NCBI GenBank assembly: GCA_964373665.1
Contig: CAYJVM010000001.1
Span: 9,546 to 73,545 of the forward strand
Source: an uncultured archaeon
Lineage (GTDB): Archaea; Aenigmatarchaeota; Aenigmatarchaeia; CG10238-14; SCSR01
DNA length: 64,000 bases
Reading direction: 5' to 3'
Part shown: one piece after another, positions 8,425 through 17,124 of the stretch
How the letters are laid out: each line of letters opens with the position of its first letter
How positions within the stretch are numbered: position 1 is the first letter of the stretch
Translations under genes and position numbers: made by a program
The notes under the pieces: generated by a model
Seen by the model: the letters and a program-made list of their open reading frames with translations, nothing else
What the model was told of the DNA's origin: nothing
Databases searched by the model: none

Positions 8425-9492
8425 TTAAGCGTTAAAATCGATTCCGTCGATTGAAACCAAATTGTTTTTTAAATCAACATCGAACTTGACTCCCAGAAGA
8501 TGCTCCACCACCGAAATGTTTGTCCTACAATGTTCTGTCATCTCCTCTATCTTTATTGTCGACTTGCCGCTGGCCAGTGCCAGGAAAGGCATTATCTGGT
8601 CTGACATGTGCTTGTCCAAGGGGAAGTTTAATGATCTGACAAGTTCATGCGAGGCTTCCTCTCCCACTTTCTCAGCGGGCTTGCCTATGGCTCCTATCCT
8701 GTCGGCACCGATCACGGTATTTTCACAATCTGCCCATAATGTTATTGATGTTCCGGGGGAAGCCGTGTCCGCGAGTTTCTTCTCAATTTGAGCGTTTGAA
8801 TATCCTGCATCAACCAAGACTTTATTTGCGCTGTTTGCCTGTCTTTTTGCTATATCCTCCGGCAGTGAGCCTGAAATAGAAATACCTCTTATACTTTCTA
8901 TCCCTCCCCTCTCAGTGAGCTCTATAGGATCCAATTTTTTAACTGGCTTGAAGACGACTTTCACTTCTCCCTGGCCTTTAGGATAAAACCCTTCCCTCAC
9001 AATGTCGACTTTTGGAAGCGGCATGCCTAGCCTGTTCAAAACAGGGAATGTAACATTCTGAACGTACTGGATCGTCGGGGCCCCCAGGCCAGCAGTGCCG
9101 CCTTTGATATCGAGAGTTATTTCACTGTCGGCGAAAACCATTAATGGAGTTAGTGTCTGCAGCAGAAGGCCTATGGAACCTGCAGTGCCGATGTCTATTT
9201 TCCTGCTCCTAACTTCACGCGACTTGGGGACGAACTCTATTTCCGTGGAATGCAATTCAAGTCCTTTAATTTGTGCATTTGCAAACTCTCCAGCAATTTT
9301 AACTCCTGTCAAATGTTGCATTTGCAGCCCGGGCTTGGGCCTATTCTTCCTAATGTTCGTAATTTTTACAGGCTCTAAGGTAAGCGCAGACAGCGCTATG
9401 CAAGTCCTTAGCACCTGGCCATAACCTAATGAGCCATCTATTGTTATCATAGATCTTGTTTGTTTTACAAGATAGAAAAGATTACTCATCAA
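8425..9492 (-). CDS. rtcA: RNA 3'-terminal phosphate cyclase
   Basis: N-terminus ITIDGSLGYGQVLRTCIALSALT...IRKNRPKPGLQMQHL matches the RtcA signature. Size is 355 aa. Confidence 0.8.
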   Translation of the reverse strand: MMSNLFYLVKQTRSMITIDGSLGYGQVLRTCIALSALTLEPVKITNIRKNRPKPGLQMQHLTGVKIAGEFANAQIKGLELHSTEIEFVPKSREVRSRKIDIGTAGSIGLLLQTLTPLMVFADSEITLDIKGGTAGLGAPTIQYVQNVTFPVLNRLGMPLPKVDIVREGFYPKGQGEVKVVFKPVKKLDPIELTERGGIESIRGISISGSLPEDIAKRQANSANKVLVDAGYSNAQIEKKLADTASPGTSITLWADCENTVIGADRIGAIGKPAEKVGEEASHELVRSLNFPLDKHMSDQIMPFLALASGKSTIKIEEMTEHCRTNISVVEHLLGVKFDVDLKNNLVSIDGIDFNA

Positions 9493-9548
9493 GAAATCTG
9501 GCGGCAGTGGAACAATTTTGGAAGAAAAACTAACCTGAGATTGGCAAG

Positions 9549-10190
9549 TTAGCCTAGGATATGCGACAATATTGCTATGTTGAATATTCCAAGGAAGCTG
9601 AATACGAAAGAGTAGAACAAAACCTTCCTGGTGTCAAACCTGGCTACAGCCCACATCGCCGACACCAAGAATTCAGTGGGCAAAGGCAACGATACTAGTA
9701 TGCCCGAGAGCGCTGGTATGGACGACTTGAGAATCTTGGAGTTCTGTATCTTCCTGTTGATCTTGTGCTCCAAGACAGTCCCATCCACCCCAAAGTCCTG
9801 CGCCAGGACATTTTTCACTTCCTCCAAAAGCCCGTGCTTCACAAACTTGTAAACCATGAAATTGCTAGCTGTAGCCGCAATCGCTCCAATTATTGCCACA
9901 GAAAACGGGTTCATGCTCTTAGACATGATGAAGAGAGCCGTCGCTGCAGGTATGGTGAAGCTCCCGAACGAGAACAGAAAACCGAGCGCAACCACGCTTA
10001 GGTATCCAAAGTTCGCCAGGGCCAGCGCAAGCTGGGACGATACCTGTGTCTTCAAAAGAAGGTAGGAGAAAACTATGCCCAATATAAAGAGGAACACATT
10101 CTGATGAGTCAGCTGGAACCTGGCGACAGCCCTGACAACCTTGCCAACCTTTTTCTTTTTCTCACTTTCCTCGTACGAATAGCGATTCAT
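9549..10190 (-). CDS. Integral membrane protein of unknown function
   Basis: 213 aa, about 5 hydrophobic helices, Lys-rich N-terminus. Confidence 0.4.
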   Translation of the reverse strand: MNRYSYEESEKKKKVGKVVRAVARFQLTHQNVFLFILGIVFSYLLLKTQVSSQLALALANFGYLSVVALGFLFSFGSFTIPAATALFIMSKSMNPFSVAIIGAIAATASNFMVYKFVKHGLLEEVKNVLAQDFGVDGTVLEHKINRKIQNSKILKSSIPALSGILVSLPLPTEFLVSAMWAVARFDTRKVLFYSFVFSFLGIFNIAILSHILG

Positions 10191-10223
10191 TATAATAAAT
10201 TGGTAAGCAAAGAAGAAAAAGTT

Positions 10224-11300
10224 CTACATATTTTCCTCTATCATGACCAGTTCATTCATCTTCTCTGTAGACGAGCCGTCGAAGGCAAACTTTGCAAATT
10301 CCGACCTAAGGCCCAATGCAAGGTGAGCAGGCAAACTGTCGTTGACGTTGTTGATGCACGACATGATCACCGCAATCTTGCTTTTCTTTGCTAGTTCAAT
10401 CAGTTCTACAAGGTCGTTAATCGTGCCAACTTCATGTGGTGTGACAACTATCCCGCTAGTCGACTTGAGGTCTATGCCTGTCTCCAGTCTATCCAAATCG
10501 TTCCCGTAAAGCCCGTTGCCCGCAACTATTCTCGACGGTATCCTCCGTGTCAATGTCGCCGGAAGAATATAATCTTCATCATGGAACGGATCCTCCACAT
10601 AGTCAACCGGATAATCCTTCAATATGTCCTGGACGAACAGCAGCTGCTCCTGAGTGCCCAAGTTTTCTTTTTCATAAACGTAAACCCCGTCCATCTTATC
10701 GTATCCGACGCCAAACCTCACCCCTATGGTCAAGTTCAATTGCGTGAATTTTGACAGAAGCTTTAATGCAGAGTGGACCGTCATGTGCTTCCCAGCTTCC
10801 AGATTGTGGTACACTGAGTTGAGCTTCATCAGCCCTTTAGTAAAGCCTCTTTTAGTAGGATGCATCATCATCTCGTCTACATCTATTCGTTGCCGCCTCT
10901 TCGTAAGCATTACTCCCATAGGCACGGGAATGTCAGACCTACGTTTCCCCACCATTTCGTATATCTCAACATTCTGTGACTTGGCAAGCGCCTTTAGCAG
11001 CGTAGCCGAAAGCGCATATGCCATACCTCCCCCGATCTTCTCGAACACTTTAGTAGGATCTATCTCCTTTATTGCATCATCAACTTCGTCCATGCTGTCG
11101 AACTGACTCTTTACAAAGTACCTCTTAACCTCGCCGAATTTCTCAATATAGCCGGTTGTATGTAAGTGATTGAATTTGTCCGATTTGAACGTAGGGACAG
11201 GCGTGCGGACTAGAAAATCTTGAGCTTTGACGCTGACTTCGACGGTCCTCCTAAAGTCCGCCGTAAAAATTTCCCTTATCGAGATGTCCTCTACTTTCAT
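10224..11300 (-). CDS. Enolase-superfamily protein with a degenerate active site (enolase-like paralogue)
   Basis: N-terminus MKVEDISIREIF..RRTVEVSV follows the enolase N-terminal pattern, and the C-terminal ...GTINDLVELIELAKKSKIAVIMSCINNVNDSLPAHLALGL... follows the pattern of the enolase TIM-barrel end. The canonical SGASTG and HRSGETED signatures are replaced. Confidence 0.5.
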   Translation of the reverse strand: MKVEDISIREIFTADFRRTVEVSVKAQDFLVRTPVPTFKSDKFNHLHTTGYIEKFGEVKRYFVKSQFDSMDEVDDAIKEIDPTKVFEKIGGGMAYALSATLLKALAKSQNVEIYEMVGKRRSDIPVPMGVMLTKRRQRIDVDEMMMHPTKRGFTKGLMKLNSVYHNLEAGKHMTVHSALKLLSKFTQLNLTIGVRFGVGYDKMDGVYVYEKENLGTQEQLLFVQDILKDYPVDYVEDPFHDEDYILPATLTRRIPSRIVAGNGLYGNDLDRLETGIDLKSTSGIVVTPHEVGTINDLVELIELAKKSKIAVIMSCINNVNDSLPAHLALGLRSEFAKFAFDGSSTEKMNELVMIEENM

Positions 11301-11369
11301 CTAACCTTAATTTCGGCTGGAAGTAGTTAAACTTAAATATCTTAACGGCAGTGGCTTTTAAGGATTCGC

Positions 11370-11981
11370 ATGGAAGTACAACATGAAAGAAAGGAGCCTT
11401 GGATATTAAGAACACTCCGTATTTTTCCTTCTGTTGACAATTACCTGGACAATCTGAAATATATTGATGAGTTGACTGGACTTTATCGGCAGAGATATTT
11501 CAATGATATTCTTCGAACCCAGTATGCTCAGACAGCCTCGTACAGAGAAGACAACCATAGGAGGCATAGGATAATTGTTCCAGACCTGTCTTTATTGTTC
11601 GGCGATTTGGATAACTTTCACCTCTTTAACAGGATGTATGGGCAATTGAGAGGAAATGAAGCGCTGCACAATGTCGGCGACACTATAAGACGCAACAAAC
11701 GTCCAGGCGACATTGCAGGAAGATTGGGTGGCGAGGAAATGGGTATTTTGCTGCCTAATACAGAACATCAAGAAGCACTTGTGGCCGCAGAAAAGTTTAG
11801 GCATCTAGTGGAGGCAGAATCAGAAGGTCTTGTAACAATGAGTTTCGGCGCAGCAACATTCACTCCAAGAAATCCTAATATGGCATCCTCCTTAGAACTT
11901 CACAACACTGCTGAGAATGCAATGAAATTAGCCAAAGTAACTGGTGGAAATAGGGTATGCGGAATGTACGAATTACTCTAA
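11370..11981 (+). CDS. Stand-alone GGDEF-domain protein (diguanylate-cyclase-like; GGEEM variant with RxxD I-site)
   Basis: DELTGLYRQRYF (D.LTGL.NRR.F); LLFGDLDNFHLFNRMYGQLRGNEAL (DiDhFK.iND.yGH.GD); RPGDIAGRLGGEEMGILLP (RxxD + GG[DE]EF); VTMSFGAA; AENAMKLAKVTGGNRV (AD.ALY.AK..GRNRV). Confidence 0.7.
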   Translation: MEVQHERKEPWILRTLRIFPSVDNYLDNLKYIDELTGLYRQRYFNDILRTQYAQTASYREDNHRRHRIIVPDLSLLFGDLDNFHLFNRMYGQLRGNEALHNVGDTIRRNKRPGDIAGRLGGEEMGILLPNTEHQEALVAAEKFRHLVEAESEGLVTMSFGAATFTPRNPNMASSLELHNTAENAMKLAKVTGGNRVCGMYELL

Positions 11982-12259
11982 TCCTTCTTCTCCTTCCAGA
12001 CAGCATTAGTTCCTCTAATAAGCAATCCCATCTCAGCGATCTCCTTCTCAGTATAAACCCTTTTAGTGACCTTGAACCCTTCAGGCGGCTTTAACACAGC
12101 TTCCGTTGGGCAGACAGGCACGCAACTCCAGTCATCGACGCACTTGTCTATAATCAGCTCTGCAATGTTGTCCTTATCCATCTCCAAAGCCTTGTAAGGA
12201 CAAACGGCAACGCATGCGCCGCAGCCTATGCACTTCTCCTGCACGATAATCGGCGGCAT
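11978..12259 (-). CDS. 4Fe-4S ferredoxin
   Basis: CIGCGACVAVCP and C...C..CVPVCP cluster motifs, 93 aa. Confidence 0.7.
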   Translation of the reverse strand: MPPIIVQEKCIGCGACVAVCPYKALEMDKDNIAELIIDKCVDDWSCVPVCPTEAVLKPPEGFKVTKRVYTEKEIAEMGLLIRGTNAVWKEKKD

Positions 12260-12323
12260 ATCACTTAATAACTATGTTATGTTTATATATTTTCGAACCG
12301 GTTCTAGCATAAGAGAAATTACC

Positions 12324-12599
12324 ATGTCTAGGGAATTCACAGTAGTAATAGAGCAAGGGGAAGATGGCTATTTTGTTTCAGAAGTAGTTGAACTGCCCGG
12401 ATGCCATACACAAGGCAAAACTATAGATGAGCTACTGGAAAGAACTAGAGAGGCCATTTCACTATACCTTGTGGTCGAGAAGGACATTGAACCTCAAACA
12501 TTCAATCATCCTGATGAAAAAATCGACAGAGGACTTTTGAATAAAATAATCAAGCATGATTTGGGGATGAGAAGAGAAGAATTTATGAGGTATTTGTAG
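12324..12599 (+). CDS. HicB-like antitoxin (UPF0150 / RNase-H-fold antitoxin family)
   Basis: Start moved to ATG 12324 because the track ORF start overlaps the ferredoxin gene. FTVVIEQGEDGYFVSEVVELPGCHTQGKTIDELLERTREAISLYL matches the HicB N-domain pattern. Confidence 0.55.
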   Translation: MSREFTVVIEQGEDGYFVSEVVELPGCHTQGKTIDELLERTREAISLYLVVEKDIEPQTFNHPDEKIDRGLLNKIIKHDLGMRREEFMRYL

Positions 12600-12778
12600 A
12601 ATGCCGGAAAAGTTTGTTGTATGCAGAGTGAACGAGAATTATCTGAAGAATGTCAAGAAGCAGATGAAAGAGCAGAAAATGCCTTTGCCGAAAGACGATG
12701 GAAACATAACGATAGCTCACAATCCAGTCGCAACTTTCTCGAGCGAGGATTTGTGCGACTGCAATGTTTGCAAAAAGA

Positions 12779-13096
12779 TCAGCGCGACGCTGTTATAGCT
12801 TCTTTATTGTATTTGGCATGCTTAATTCCGTCAACGTCATACAAGCCAAATATTAGCCAACTTAACGGATTCGAACAGCCCATTGCAAAGCCGATGTAAA
12901 ACAATGGTCCTCTTCCGTACCCCAACTCATTGGAGTAGCTTTTATATGCACATTCATTACCAAAGGTATATGGCCTTTCACGTGTTGCGTTGCCCCTTAC
13001 ACGCCTCTCTATTAAAGCGGCTGGAAGGTCAAGCCCAAATCCAAACCCGCTAGCAAAGTCAGAAGCAAGTATCTTAATCCTATAGTCTCCATTCAT
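12779..13096 (-). CDS. Hypothetical protein
   Basis: 105-aa ORF, 17-nt overlap with upstream ORF 13080..13352 (same strand, likely co-translated). Confidence 0.3.
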   Translation of the reverse strand: MNGDYRIKILASDFASGFGFGLDLPAALIERRVRGNATRERPYTFGNECAYKSYSNELGYGRGPLFYIGFAMGCSNPLSWLIFGLYDVDGIKHAKYNKEAITASR

Positions 13097-13352
13097 CCAA
13101 AATCTCTCTAAGCTGGTCAGTCAGCTTTCTAGACAAATTGATTTTGGCCTTTAAAAGTTTTTGTCTAGTTTCAGTGTCATTGCTAGTTCTTTCTACAGTG
13201 TTCAAAAACATCAATGCAGACCTCAGTTCAAGCCAGAAGAAAGCCCTTTCAGTAGCCTTTTTCACATTCTGTAAGTCATTCTCAGCGAGAGCCTTCTCCC
13301 TCCACATCTGGTAATTCTCATTGCATGTGGCTATCTGGGTCTCAGTTGACAT
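13080..13352 (-). CDS. Hypothetical helical protein
   Basis: 90-aa ORF, predicted helical, first gene of a 2-gene unit. Confidence 0.3.
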   Translation of the reverse strand: MSTETQIATCNENYQMWREKALAENDLQNVKKATERAFFWLELRSALMFLNTVERTSNDTETRQKLLKAKINLSRKLTDQLREILDEWRL

Positions 13353-13455
13353 ATGTCACTATATGGTAGTTACTTATATATAAGCTTTACTATTTAATAG
13401 TGATAACTTTATTAGGATTGCCATGAATATATTTAAGGGAGTATAGTGTTTAAAC

Positions 13456-13884
13456 ATGACAAGTCTAACATACCAATACCGACTATTGCGGCCAGAAGAT
13501 CCGGAGAGAATAAAGAGACTAGTGCTTGAACTAAATTGGGATAATCCGCTTTTCCAGTTGATTGAAGTAGACGGGACAGCTATAAGGGCAGCCAAACCTT
13601 TACCACACACTTTATATGAAGGTCTCTTTAGGCGAGGCTCGGTTACTTATATCGGCGCTTATCATGACGCACGAGATATTGCTTTGAACTTGCAGGAGAG
13701 AGGTGAAAACGCATTCCATGAAATAGAAAGATATTTTTTAACATACGGTTTTGAATACAGAAATGTACTGCACGAAGCAATAGATTGGCCGTATATCTTA
13801 AAGCGTCAAGGAAAGAGATTGCATGATAAGGCATGGCATTTAGTGCATCAAAGGCACATACAACCTACCATGAACCTTGATTAA
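13456..13884 (+). CDS. Hypothetical protein
   Basis: 142-aa ORF with an upstream AT-rich promoter-like region; no recognisable motif. Confidence 0.3.
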   Translation: MTSLTYQYRLLRPEDPERIKRLVLELNWDNPLFQLIEVDGTAIRAAKPLPHTLYEGLFRRGSVTYIGAYHDARDIALNLQERGENAFHEIERYFLTYGFEYRNVLHEAIDWPYILKRQGKRLHDKAWHLVHQRHIQPTMNLD

Positions 13885-13886
13885 AT

Positions 13887-15149
13887 TTAGAGCGTGAAAA
13901 TTCTGTCGTTCGCCACAGGCGCTATAGCATCATAGCCCTTCTCCTTTAATTCCAGAGCGAATTCCTCAGTGCTGTCTCCGTGGACACAGAATACCTTTTC
14001 AGGATTTAGCTTGCTGATGAATCCAAGCAGATCCTTCCTTCCTAAATGGCTGGAAAAGTCCAGCCTCCTAATATTCATCTTGACCTCTACGTCAATCTCA
14101 TCATGCACAAACCTTCCGGTCTCTAGAAGGAGCTTTCCCGAAGTTCCTTCCACCTGAAAGCCGCTGAGAACAAGGCTGCTATTCCGCCTGTCGAAAAGCT
14201 TGCTTATGTACCAGACTATGGGCCCGCCCGTCAGCATGCCGCTTGTGGAAAGGATTACCCCCGGCTTTTTTATCGCATTCTTCCTCATCCTGTGGTCGTT
14301 CACGTACTCAACCTTCTCCAAAGCCTTGTCCAGACTCTTCGGATCCTTTAGCAGCTTTTTCTGCTCGTTTATAATCGTTATAGCTTTCCTTGCCATACCG
14401 TCCACGTATACGGGATAATCAATCCCATAACTGTCCAGCACAAGCAACAGTTCGTCTATGCGTCCGACGGCGAATCCGGATAGCAATGCCATGCCGTCAT
14501 TGCTCAGAGTGTCCCTCACTATCCTGACAAGCTCCTTCTCCTGCGACGCCCTGTCGGGATGCTCCCTGTTGCAGTATGTGGTTTCTGTTATCAACGTGTC
14601 CACTCTCGGCAGGTCTGTGTCGGCGCCTTTCAGGAGCCTTGTGTCGTCCAGCTTGTAATCGCCAGTGTAAAGAATAGTCTTGCTTCCGGTGTCGATAAAT
14701 GGCATGCTGGAGCCGGGGATGTGTCCGGCGTCGAACAGTATGATTTTGCTCTTGTGCAGCTTTGCAGGCACGCGGAACTTGGTCGGCACGAAATTGGCCA
14801 GAGTCTTTTCCACGTTCTTCTTTGTGAACGGCAGATCATAGCCCTCCTCCTTGCTTATCTTTATCGAGTCCATCCACAGCAATCTGCACAGTTCCCTTGT
14901 AGCGTATCCTGCATACGTCGGGACGCTGTTGCCCTTGGCGGAAAATATGGATGCTCCGCCGCTGTGGTCAAGGTGGGCATGCGACAGCAGTAAAGCGTCT
15001 ATCTTGCCCTCAACAGGTATGGGAAACTTGGGAGGCATGTCCTGTATTTTCGTGCCATAGTCAAGAAGTATCTTTTCTATTCCAGTATCTACCAACGCGC
15101 CGCTCGAGCCCACAGAGCTCATGGCGCCTAGGAAGCTGAGCTGAACCAT
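13887..15149 (-). CDS. Metallo-beta-lactamase/beta-CASP family ribonuclease (aCPSF2 / RNase J-like)
   Basis: HAHLDHSG zinc-binding motif, DAGHIPGS, and C-terminal HGD/H motifs of the beta-CASP family (FCVHGDS). Size is 420 aa. Confidence 0.75.
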   Translation of the reverse strand: MVQLSFLGAMSSVGSSGALVDTGIEKILLDYGTKIQDMPPKFPIPVEGKIDALLLSHAHLDHSGGASIFSAKGNSVPTYAGYATRELCRLLWMDSIKISKEEGYDLPFTKKNVEKTLANFVPTKFRVPAKLHKSKIILFDAGHIPGSSMPFIDTGSKTILYTGDYKLDDTRLLKGADTDLPRVDTLITETTYCNREHPDRASQEKELVRIVRDTLSNDGMALLSGFAVGRIDELLLVLDSYGIDYPVYVDGMARKAITIINEQKKLLKDPKSLDKALEKVEYVNDHRMRKNAIKKPGVILSTSGMLTGGPIVWYISKLFDRRNSSLVLSGFQVEGTSGKLLLETGRFVHDEIDVEVKMNIRRLDFSSHLGRKDLLGFISKLNPEKVFCVHGDSTEEFALELKEKGYDAIAPVANDRIFTL

Positions 15150-15261
15150 TATGTTAATTTAATCGACAACACTATTATAATTAAGTTATGTTTAACAAAA
15201 ACTCATACTAAAATGACTGGTGAATATGGCCAAATACTGAGTCTCAACTAAGATCGGAGTA

Positions 15262-15345
15262 CGTTAAGAAGTTAAGGAAAATCGAAGAAGAGGGCACTTT
15301 CTGAAGAAGAGTTTGAAAGAAAGCTTAAAGTGAAAATAAGATAGA
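15262..15345 (+). pseudogene. Remnant of a relB-like antitoxin gene (3' ~80 bp, frameshifted), followed by the cassette-end motif
   Basis: gttaagaagttaaggaaaatcgaagaagagggcac-tttctgaagaagagtttgaaagaaagcttaaagtgaaa is ~85% identical to 16389-16466 of the intact relB gene, with a 2-nt indel. Confidence 0.6.
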
Positions 15346-15467
15346 CAGCTTTTCCCGTCCCACTATTTTATTAATCAATTGTACACAGTATTACACATCT
15401 TTATTGGAATTATATATTCCCAAAATCTTTATATATCTACCAAATTCATATAATTTTTGGTGATAGT

Positions 15468-15725
15468 ATGAAATATGGTGTTGTAGAAAGAGAGATAGAT
15501 CCTCAAGGTAGAGTTTTGCTGCCTAAGGGGTGGAGAGCTGAAATAAAAACTAAAAAAGTCATTTTGCTGCAGACGCCTGAGTATGTTAAAATTTTACCGA
15601 AGAAAAAAGTAGATCTAACCAAATATTCCAATTCGATAAAAGTTGATTTGAAAGCGCCTCTTACTGATTGGCATGCAGTTAAGGCAGAACTTCTAGCAAA
15701 AGCATACCTTCGTGATAAGAAATGA
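15468..15725 (+). CDS. vapB: VapB-type antitoxin (AbrB/SpoVT swapped-hairpin domain)
   Basis: EREIDPQGRVLLPKGWR motif. 4-nt ATGA overlap with the PIN gene. Confidence 0.7.
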   Translation: MKYGVVEREIDPQGRVLLPKGWRAEIKTKKVILLQTPEYVKILPKKKVDLTKYSNSIKVDLKAPLTDWHAVKAELLAKAYLRDKK

Positions 15726-16141
15726 TATTCTTAGATTCGAATGTTATAATTTACGACCAAATAAAAACAGAAAGAAAGTTAGACGAAAAGACACAGGAAA
15801 TTAAGAAAGCATCGCATCAAATTATGGAACGTATATCTAAGGGAGAAAAAGTAGTAACTACAGTTGTTCATATTTCAGAAACTGCAAATATCTTGGAAGA
15901 AATTGTTGGTATAGAAAACTCTTATAATTCCGTAGTAGATTTATTAAAATCTGAAAATATCCGTGTAGAGAATGTTGAAAAAAGTCTGTATACAGCTAGC
16001 CTAGATGAAGCTAAAGAATTTAAGATCGGTGTTAATGACGGGTTAGCTGTAGTCGTTATGAAAAATTCAGGAATCAATGAAATTTATAGCTTTGATGAGC
16101 ATTTTGACAGAATTGAGGGAATAAAAAGAATAACCAAGTGA
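15722..16141 (+). CDS. vapC: VapC PIN-domain toxin
   Basis: MIFLDSNVIIY...SFDEHFDRI (PIN acidic residues D5, E, D), 139 aa. Confidence 0.75.
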   Translation: MIFLDSNVIIYDQIKTERKLDEKTQEIKKASHQIMERISKGEKVVTTVVHISETANILEEIVGIENSYNSVVDLLKSENIRVENVEKSLYTASLDEAKEFKIGVNDGLAVVVMKNSGINEIYSFDEHFDRIEGIKRITK

Positions 16142-16234
16142 ATGGACAGCTTTTCCTATCCCCTATATTTGTAGGGATGCATACAGCAGAAACGTTTATA
16201 TACGAGATATATATTAAGTATATTAGGTGTATAT

Positions 16235-16471
16235 ATGCCAAAAGCCATGATACAAATATCAGATAAAGCTAACAGAGTGCTGAATATTTTGAAGGCAAAA
16301 TATGGTTTGAAGGATAAATCCCATGCTATCAATAAAATGGCTGAGGAATACAGTCAAACACTGCTAGAGCCTCAATTAAGGCCAGACTATATTAAAAAGT
16401 TAAGAAAAATCGAAGAAGAGGGCACGATTTCTGAAGAAGACTTTGAAAGAAGGCTCAAAGTGAAAGTATAA
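16235..16471 (+). CDS. relB: RelB/ParD-like antitoxin
   Basis: 78-aa ORF directly upstream of the RelE-like gene with a 1-nt (TAATG) overlap. Confidence 0.6.
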   Translation: MPKAMIQISDKANRVLNILKAKYGLKDKSHAINKMAEEYSQTLLEPQLRPDYIKKLRKIEEEGTISEEDFERRLKVKV

Positions 16472-16737
16472 TGTTCTCCGCGGAATTTTCCAAGGAACTT
16501 ACCAGAAAATTGGAGAAATCGCAGGCGAGGAACAAAGTTATGTTTGACGCCATCATCAACAAGATTAGGGAAATTAAGGAGAACCCCGAACATTACAAAC
16601 CACTAAGATATGACATGAAAGGCTTTAGAAGAGCGCACATCATGAAATCATTCGTTCTTATTTTCAGAATTGATTACGCGAATAGTAAAATAATCTTTGA
16701 AGACTTTGGGCATCATGACGACATTTACCAGCGTTAA
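16471..16737 (+). CDS. relE: RelE/ParE-family toxin
   Basis: KIREIKENPEHYKPLRYDMKGFRRAHIMKSFVLIFRIDYANSKIIFEDFGHHDDIY matches the RelE pattern (..G.rR.R.G.YRiiY.id.....i..igHR...Y). Confidence 0.7.
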   Translation: MFSAEFSKELTRKLEKSQARNKVMFDAIINKIREIKENPEHYKPLRYDMKGFRRAHIMKSFVLIFRIDYANSKIIFEDFGHHDDIYQR

Positions 16738-16835
16738 TAGACAGCTTTTCCTATCTGCCTGATTTATTAACATATCATTTCATACTAAAGTGAAGTGAGT
16801 GTGATGAACAACCAATTCAAGGTGAACAGTGGCCA

Positions 16836-17123
16836 ATGGGTGATGGATCGCCAATATCTAGCGATCTTTCCAGTCTAAAGAAAATCATACTCAAAGCGCT
16901 TAATCAAAACCAGATACTGCTTTTGAACGAGATTGAAAAGAATCCTTCTAAAACTATAACATCGATAATAAACAAAACTTCTAAAACATCAAAAGTACCT
17001 CTCTCTACGCTAAAGCTAAATGCACGTCTATTGAAAGAGTTGGAGCTGATAAAGTACTCTGTTTCTAAACCGGTTGAGTTAAGCAAGTCCGGCATGCTTG
17101 TAATGAATTTGGTCAGGCGATGA
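16836..17123 (+). CDS. Winged-helix transcriptional regulator
   Basis: ILKALNQNQILLLNEIEK...LSTLKLNARLLKELELIKY wHTH pattern. Stop overlaps the start of the racemase gene. Confidence 0.5.
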   Translation: MGDGSPISSDLSSLKKIILKALNQNQILLLNEIEKNPSKTITSIINKTSKTSKVPLSTLKLNARLLKELELIKYSVSKPVELSKSGMLVMNLVRR

Positions 17124-17124
17124 C

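Noticed and set aside
12601-12798. 65-aa ORF considered as the HicA toxin partner of the HicB-like gene
   Set aside because: It lacks the conserved G-S-H and later His of HicA, so it was kept only as an unassigned ORF in a finding.
14200-15139. Plus-strand ORFs (62-144 aa) inside the beta-CASP RNase gene
   Set aside because: They are antisense to a gene with clear HAHLDHSG/beta-CASP motifs; low-complexity translations.
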